DNA of 64,000 bases, taken from NCBI RefSeq assembly GCF_009914755.1, contig NC_060934.1; one strand, given 5' to 3'. Position numbers and translations under genes: made by a program. Below, one piece after another: positions 56,516-64,000 of the stretch. A model generated the notes under the pieces. It ran no database searches. It had not been told where the DNA came from and saw only the letters and a program-made list of their open reading frames with translations. Each line of letters begins with the position of its first letter. Positions within the stretch are counted from its first letter, which is position 1. This DNA comes from the human T2T-CHM13v2.0 reference genome, Homo sapiens.

Positions 56516-58729
56516 TCATAACCTAGTTTTTAAGAATAAACCCATTGCTTGTCTGGGTCTTAATGGGCACCCCCAGAGTCCTGTAGTCAGTGTCTAAGCT
56601 GCACCTATATGCCCTGAATTTCTCCCATCCTCCCCTTCCTGCCTGGACTCTCGTTTCCTCCTTCCTCACCCAGTCTGTGGCGAGCCCCTTCCCAGTCTCC
56701 TGCCTCCATCATGTCCTCTCTCAAACCTTTCTTCCACCTGTCTGCAAGTGGAGCTTCTCTTAGGCCCCTCCCTGCCTGACCGTCTGTCTCCTCACCACTG
56801 GAACAGTGAGACACCAGCACACACACAGAGCCCTTTTCACCCTTCTTGTGGGTCCCCTCCCCTCCAGGCCTGAGAGGCCATCATCTGTGGCATGCTCTGC
56901 CCGCAGCACCTGCCCTCTGTCCATGCTGGCCCAATGGCTGCCTCATAGGTGATGCTTCCCTGTTTCTCTTCATTCCATTGATTGTGATAGACACCTTTCC
57001 TTGGCTGGAACACCTCTGAAATCAGCACAGTCAGTGACTTGCCAAAATTTAATTGGCAGCATTTTTTTTTTCTTTCTTAGTGACACATAGAGTAATGGTT
57101 TATCAGAAAATCAGTGGCATTACGTTCAGTGCAGTTTGCATATTCCTCTGTGTGGAGGTGATTATTTTTGTGGTATAGAAATAAATAGCTTTCTGTTTAT
57201 CTGCTGGATTGCATCTTGCTCATGGATAGGAACTGTGCCTTTCACATTCCGCAGTCTCTGCAGTGGCTAGCACATAGAAGAAACTCACAAGCATAGGGGA
57301 ATGAAGGAATGAAGGCAGGGCATCATGACCCACCCTGGGCAGACTTGCCGTGGCACGGTGGCAGTCTTCCCTGAGTAGTGGCTTTCTGTTTTGTGTTGCA
57401 GCTTTACCTTCTCCTACCTTCCCTAGCTTTGTTAGAAAACGACACATCCATTATTTAGGGACAGGAGGATGTAGGTTTTTTTAGGCTCAGGTGGTGTATT
57501 TGGGCTTTCCTATTCCGGGTCAGAACTCAGCATGACCGTGCCACCCTCAGGCCAGCTCTCCCCTCTCCCCTCTGCAGTCTTCTCTTGAGGTGCATGGGGG
57601 GGGGAGGGCAGGTATCAGGTTTCTTGGCCAGGCCTCGCCCTGTAAGTCAGAGGCGCTCTTTGGGTGCCGTGGCTCACTTTTCTTGGGTGCATCACCTGAC
57701 TCCAGTATTTCATCCCTTGGGCTTTCCAGTGTGGAGAAAGCTGCTGATATAGTACAAACTCAGATGAAATCATTTAGACCCAGAATGTCAGTTTTCTCCG
57801 TACCTTTTATCATATCCTCTCTCCTGACCTGCGCTGTTCCCAGTCAGAACATTGCTCAGTGAGCACAGATCCAGAATAGAGGTTAGCAGGGATAATTCCC
57901 CCAGGCTGGGGGGAGTTTGATGCCCCGTCTACCACAGCCTTGTCCTACTGTTAGACAGCACCTGTGGCCTGCTGGTAGCCATAAACTTACTTTTCAATTC
58001 TCTTTTTAAAAACTCTGAGCACCTGCATTTCCCCTTCAGTTGGCACAGACTGATAACCTTGTAAATACTTTTCATAGCTTACCATGTTTATAGCTTACCT
58101 TACGTGGCTTATGTTTTTGGCTGGCTGCCCCGTGACATCTAGGGAGGCAGCTGAATTTCAGGATAATCTGATGCAGTCACCATGTAAGAATAGTTAATGC
58201 CTTGGAATGATTGCCTGAAGATAGCGATCCTCTGGAATCAGACTGCCTGAACTGGAGGCTTAGATCCAACACTCTCCACATAATCTTGGTGCATATGATC
58301 CATTTCCACATGATTTCCCTCAATCTCAATTTTATCACTGTAAAATGGAGTTAGTACCTCTTTGTGAGATTGTCAGGAGGACTAAATGCATAATCCATCA
58401 AAGCACCGAGCCCTGTACGTAAGACAACACAAGTTCTCAGTAAATATAATCCTTACCCTAGAGTGTAGGTTCTCATTTGCTCAGCTGGATTGAGTTTCTT
58501 CCCTGACTTGGGTCTGTGCCATCTTCTAGCTTGTCTGTGCTGACAGCTCCTCTGTGCTGACTGTGACACCTTGCACCAGAACACTGGGCCTGACCAGGAG
58601 GAGAAGGGATGGATACCAGGACAAGAGTAGAGGGTGGCTTCTGTGCACTGCTGTGCCCAGTCCCATCTTTTTCTGTGTTTTCCTTGATAAAGATAGATCG
58701 TGGACCCCCACATCTTAGAGTTGCTTCCA

Positions 58730-58888
58730 GGTTAGGCACAGTGGCTCACTCCTGTAATCCCAGCATTTTGGGAGGCTGAGTGGGGAGGATTGCTTGAGCC
58801 CAGGAGTTCAAGACCAGCCTGGACAGCATAGTGAGACCCCCCCCCCCCCATTTCTACAAAAAAATAAAGATTTTTTTTTTTTAAAGAA
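58730..58888 (+). mobile_element. Alu left monomer (FLAM-like) with an internal C13 run
   Basis: Single monomer; TSD AGAGTTGCTTC at 58717-58727 and 58889-58899. Confidence 0.85.
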
Positions 58889-59517
58889 AGAGTTGCTTCA
58901 ACACACCTTGGAAGCAAACCAGAAAGAGGCCAGGTCTGAAATTATATCAGCCAGCATTTGATAGCAGCTCATTATATTAGAATACACAGCACTTTAAGTC
59001 TCACTTAAAAAATAAAATGATAACGTCACCTCCACCATGTGTCAGGATAGATTTCTGATGGATTGACTAGTGGTAGAGTAAATGTAACAAATACAATCAT
59101 AATCATCTAGAAATAGTATACGTGAATATTTAGTGTCAGAATGGGGAAGGGGCATGTAAGTTTGTAGAAGCAATGAAGGAAGTTGCCTAAAAATGAAAAC
59201 TCATGTCCAAATGCATCTAACAATGAAATCATCAGTGATGGAAATATCACAATCTATAGGAAAAAGGATTAATGCCTTTATGTATTAAAGAATTATTATA
59301 CAATCAGTCAAAATGCTAACACACCAATAGAAAAATGGGCATATTTCTGTTGGCATGTTCATATATGAGCACATGTATACTTGCACATACTTATATACAA
59401 ATACATTCATATGCAAAAGTACACATCATGCTTGCTTTGTATATATGCGCACAAAAGAGACTCAAAGGATACACATCAGAATATTAATAGTGATTGTCTC
59501 TGGATTGTTGGATTAAA

Positions 59518-59755
59518 CAGGTTGGGCCTCTCAAATTCAAAAATTTGAAATCTGAAATGCTCCAAGATGGATCTGCAACTTACTGAGCACCAACCTGATG
59601 TTCAAAGGAAATACTCATTGGAGCATTTTGGATTTCACATTTTTGGATTTGGGATGCTCAAATAATGCAGAATTTCAAAATCTGATAAAAAATATCCTAA
59701 ATCCACAATACTTCTGGACCCACGCATTTCAGATAAGGGGTGATAAGGATACTCT
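59518..59755 (+). mobile_element. Tigger4a (MER46/Zombi)-like relic within L1ME-like sequence
   Basis: caggttg...aaatctgaaatgctccaa...caaaggaaatactcattggagcattttggatttc...gcatttcagataagggg. Confidence 0.78.
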
Positions 59756-60491
59756 GTGTGTGTGTATGTTTTATGTATCTCTGTGTTTTCCAAGCAAGCT
59801 TTTAATTTTTATTTGCAGTTGCATTTTCTTCTTTATATGGCTCTGTATTTTCCAAATTTTCTGCAATAAGCATGCATTTCTTTTCTGATTAGCAGAAAGT
59901 TTTAAATGGATGCCACTTAGCTGAAGTTTCTGTGCTTCTGAAGAAATCCTTTGGCCTTAGATATTCTCTGTGAGAAACAGAAAACCTCTCAAGTGTGTTG
60001 GCAGCTTAGGTGGATATTTGTTCTTTGAATAGTTTTCTCCTTATGTTCTTCCTTCGTCTACTTCCTATTCTCTTCCCTGGAATTTTCTCCTCTCCATGAC
60101 TGGCTGTGCCCTCAACATCTTAGAAATGTTTCTATGTCTTTTCATTTTTGTTTCATTGGCTTTGCTTATTTAGATTTCACTTTGAATGCACAGAATGTCA
60201 CGTTCCTCTGTGCCCAGATTTCGAAATAAGAGCAGGTCCTGGACAGTTCAGAGCAGGCCAGAGGTCTAATTGGAAGCTCCCTTCCTGCAGCACAGGAGGT
60301 GTGCCTTGGGGGGAAATGGCCACACCAGGATGCTTTGTTCTGGGCTCCAAAGTGTGGGTGATGTTCCTGCTACAGTGCACTTTGTGTCCTGGCCGTTTGT
60401 GTTCATGACGACTTCCCTGTCAGGGCAGGAGCTCAGCAGGGCAGGAGCCTCCATGTGCATTCTGAACAGGGGCTCAACAGTTGTTTTGAAT

Positions 60492-60519
60492 TGAGTGAGT
60501 GAGTGAGTGAGTGAGTGAA
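60492..60519. repeat. (TGAG)n at an L2-like 3' end
   Basis: ttgaattgagtgagtgagtgagtgagtgagtgaat. Confidence 0.85.
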
Positions 60520-61153
60520 TTCACTGAATTATTGAAAACTGTAGGAACTGTGTGGTCATCTCAAATTTACTATAAGAAAAGTTAATAGTAAACTTTTAAT
60601 TTTATTGTTCAAGGCCTGATCTGTGCTACCCACAGGAAAAAGGAAAGGGAAATGAAACCTTTTCTTTTCAACCAGATCTTTGTGATCTGCATTGGAGCTA
60701 TCTCAGCAATCAGCTTCGTATATCCAAACAAAATTCTGTCATTCTTTAGTTGAAGCCTGCCTCTTGTGTGGCCTGCCAGTCCTTCACATCCAGAGTAGTT
60801 AATCAGTTAAGTAAATTTTCTTTGTAGAATAGCACAGCTCTATTCATACCTGGTTCTAATTGTCATTCTGTTTTTAAATGGGACTCGTTTTATGCAGATG
60901 CCAAGGATGCCTGTGCACACCAGTGATGTTCTTGTTGGAGGGCGGATGTATAGAGGAAGGGGTCCTACACGCGGTCTCCTCTCTTCTTCTTCTGGGCCTT
61001 CCCTTCCTTGGCCTGCTTGGGCTCTTCCCTAGTTTGCCAAAGAAAGAGTATCTTAGGTATCTTAGGACCTTTTTAGTACCAGCATCCTATGGCTTGGTGG
61101 TGGCTAACACTTGCCATTGGAAGGTCGGTCTATTTTAGAAATGGAAGAGGAGA

Positions 61154-61288
61154 GTCAGGTGCGGTGGCTCATACCTGTAATCCCAAAACTTTGGGGGGTG
61201 CTGAGACAGGAGGATTGCTTGAGCTCAGGAGTTCAATACCAGCCTGGGCGACATAGTGAGATCTCATCTCTAAAAAAGAAAAAAATTG
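61154..61288 (+). mobile_element. Alu left monomer (FLAM-like)
   Basis: Perfect 16-bp TSD GAAATGGAAGAGGAGA at 61138-61153 and 61289-61304. Confidence 0.88.
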
Positions 61289-62060
61289 GAAATGGAAGAG
61301 GAGAAACCAAGGTAATCTTTTAAATGCCTACCTATGACAGGAATCAGCTGAAATGGTGTTTAGATTGTTAACAAATCCTCATTAATAATCACACACTAGG
61401 TTGAAAGTTGTATTTTAAAGAGTCACTTGTGTGACATTGTGGCAAGAGAGTGTCCCATAGCAACTTAAGTGTAATTTTGTTTGTCCCTCAGATTGCAAAC
61501 ACTGCCTTTTACTCTCTTCACTCCCCATTTTATCAGGAGAAGACTTTTAATGCCAACTGTATTGTTTTTGCTGATTTTAGATGGCTTATTTTTAAAGCCT
61601 CTGGTCCATTTTCTGTTTACATCTTTATGGACTGTCACTGTAGCCAATTAAAAATCCTCTTAACTATCATAGATTGTGTCAAAGGAGATTGCTGTTATTC
61701 CTCTCCCAGGAAAGAAAAAATTTATGATCCATATCAATTTATTGCCTGTTTTCTCTAAAGAAGCAAAACATAATTATTAGTTAATTCAGTTAGACATTAA
61801 CTCAGAAAACTCCAGAGATTTTGATTGATTGTTATAGTAACCAAAAATATTGAAGTGTTAAAGATGACTAAAACCACCTATTAGAAATGAGTTGGCATAT
61901 TGCTTATACCATTACATAAAATAGCTAAAACATTTTGAATTTCAGAGCTGTACCCACATCAGCCTCAGTGGTTTCAAATTTATTTTAAAGACAGATTTAG
62001 ATTTGGGCAATTCTGTCAGTCTTTTCAGGTGATACACCACTGTAAAATATTCTGCTTATC

Positions 62061-62354
62061 ACTGGGTGTGGTGGTTCACGCCTGTAATCCCAGCGCTTTG
62101 GGAGGCCGAGGCAGGTGGATCACTTGAGGTGAGGAGTTCGAGACCAGCCTGGCCAACATGGCAAAACCCTGTCTCTACTAAAAAATACAAAAAATTAGCT
62201 GGATGTGGTGGTGCACCCCTGTACTCTCAGCTACTTAGGCAGGAGAGGCAGGAGAATTGCTTGAACCTGGGAGGTGGAGTGAGTCAGCTCACTTCCCTCC
62301 AGCCTGGATTACAGAGCGAGACTCCGTCTCAAAAAAAAAAAAAAAAAAAAAAAA
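62061..62354 (+). mobile_element. Alu (AluS-like)
   Basis: ggatcacttgaggtgaggagttcgagaccagcctggccaacatgg; long A-tail; flanks ATTCT(G/A)CTTATC. Confidence 0.93.
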
Positions 62355-62559
62355 TTCTACTTATCTTATTCCCCCTATGGTAATGTCTTGGTTGTGCTCC
62401 TGCTAGCTTAGGGGAAAAGGAGTAATTAATTTTAAGGGCACTGAGGGTATCTCAGACAGCTCATGAATTGGTGGAACTGGGTACTAAAAGCTGTTAGGAC
62501 TAAGGCAGCACCTGCCTTCTGCCCATCTCCCTCTGCCGTGTTTCTCTGCATGGCAGAGG

Positions 62560-63075
62560 GACACCACTGCTTTATGGGGGTCCAGGAATCATAAGACACA
62601 AAATACAGTCACACTCATGACTGTAACTTATTACAGTGCAAGCACATGAGGCAAACTCAGTACAGGGAAGAGGTGCACAGGGCGAGTCCTCTCCCATGGA
62701 GCCACACAGGTTGCACTTTATCCCCCCATTCACAAATGAGTTGTGAAAACACCTGTGGAATGTTGTCAGCCAGGGAAACTCCTGGGTAGAGACCCAGCAC
62801 CCAGGATTTTTATGGAGGACCACTCATGTAAGAAGGCTCTGCCTGTTAAGTACCAAAGTTCCAGACTCCCAGAAGGAAATAAACCATACTGTGTGCGGCA
62901 TAGAGCATATTGTTTGTGCAGACAGCTTAGGCACAGTGAGCCACTCCTACCAGTTAGGAAATGATGGGAAGGAACCCTCCTAAATCCAAGTTCCCAGATA
63001 CCAGCCAAGGGCCAGCCTTGCAACAGGCCCTTTAAGGATGGCTGTCAGATCTGCTGCTTCACTCTTTCCTGCACA
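62560..63075 (-). mobile_element. ERVL-class solo LTR (MER68/MER77/MER21 group)
   Basis: ccaagttcccagataccagccaagggccagccttgcaacaggcc...actctttcctgcaca is the reverse complement of an LTR beginning TGTGCAG; subfamily uncertain. Confidence 0.65.
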
Positions 63076-63755
63076 GCGGAGTCCCACCCCAGTCTGAAGT
63101 TTACACATCATACCCTCAGTTAAGGTTGAGCAGAGCCCTTTGAGTATGTCCCAACTCCAGATTCCCAGGAGAAGGAGTTAGCCCAGAGAGGGTAAAGTTA
63201 CCCCCCAATCCAGGCAGGATGGTCAGAGTAATGGGTCACATGGTCTAACGTGGATATCAGGCATTCTTCCCATCTGGGTAGGGACAGGTTGTTGGTTTGG
63301 GGGCGCGGAAGACGCTCCAGAAGCAAGTCGGCCATAGAGATGCATGTGTGGAAAATCTTCTCAGAAACTGTGCAGACTTCATCTGCCAAAGACCCTCTTA
63401 TGTTAGGAGGAGCATTACAAAACCATACAGGAAAGTGGCACCTGATTCAGGCCCCAGGAGCCCCAGGTTGCTCTGAGGAAATAGGGTAGTGTGTAGGTGT
63501 TCATTTGCATAGAAGCAGTGAATGCCTGAGAGATTCTGTAATAGATTCAGATAGCTTATCCTCAGGTGTTCTGTAATAGTCTTAGTGAACTTTCGTTTTT
63601 CTTCACCATTCTGATTGCAGCCAGTTGGAGTTCATGAAAATAGCCTGATTCCTCCCTGAGATTGATCCTTGTAGGTGGTGGACAAAAATGGCATATGTGT
63701 TTATAATATTCTTCTGTGTCTGCTGTAGTTTTTTTTTTGTTTGTTTGAAAGCTTT

Positions 63756-64000
63756 TGTATTAGTATGTTTTCACACTGCTGATAAAGATATACCCCAGAC
63801 TGGGCAGTTTACAAAAGAGGTTTAAGGGACTTACAGTTCCACGTAGCTGGGGAGGCGTCACAGTCATGGTGGAAGGTATCTCAGGCACGTCTCACATCGC
63901 GGCAGAGAAGAGAAGAGGGCTTGTGCAGAGAAACTCCTGTTTTTACAATCATCAGATCTCATGAGACTTATCACTATCATGAGAACAGCATGGGAAAGAC
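63756..64000 (-). mobile_element. THE1 (MaLR) LTR, runs off the window end
   Basis: tgtattagtatgttttcacactgctgataaagatataccccagactggg...catgagaacagcatgggaaagac. Confidence 0.88.

Overview
Primate (human or great-ape) genomic DNA, almost entirely intronic. The only host-gene coding sequence I can support is a 75-nt exon at 48007-48081 (+). It translates as (D)[24 protein letters not shown](V), which I recognise as exon 2 of Cyclin Y (CCNY), so positions 1-48006 are the distal part of the long preceding intron and 48082-64000 are the next intron. The rest is a typical primate repeat landscape: one full-length, sense-oriented, inactivated L1PA2/L1PA3-like element (38383-44375), about 15 Alu/FLAM/FRAM copies, MaLR/ERV solo LTRs (THE1/MST, MLT1A, LTR10-like, MER31, MER68/77-like), DNA-transposon relics (Tigger3, Tigger4a, MER30, MER63, MER102, MADE1), old L1M/L2/MIR fragments, microsatellites and a GA-rich minisatellite. 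Nearly all ORFs in the supplied track are repeat-derived artefacts. I see no evidence of a novel multi-gene system. The most interesting leads are: (i) a possible L1-promoter/splice route to the Met55-initiated short CCNY isoform; (ii) an inverted templated duplication that crosses a transposon boundary; (iii) a 14-nt extra 5' segment on the L1; (iv) a candidate poison exon; (v) a tail-less AluY. Repeat subfamily names come from recalled consensus sequences, and old-repeat boundaries are approximate.
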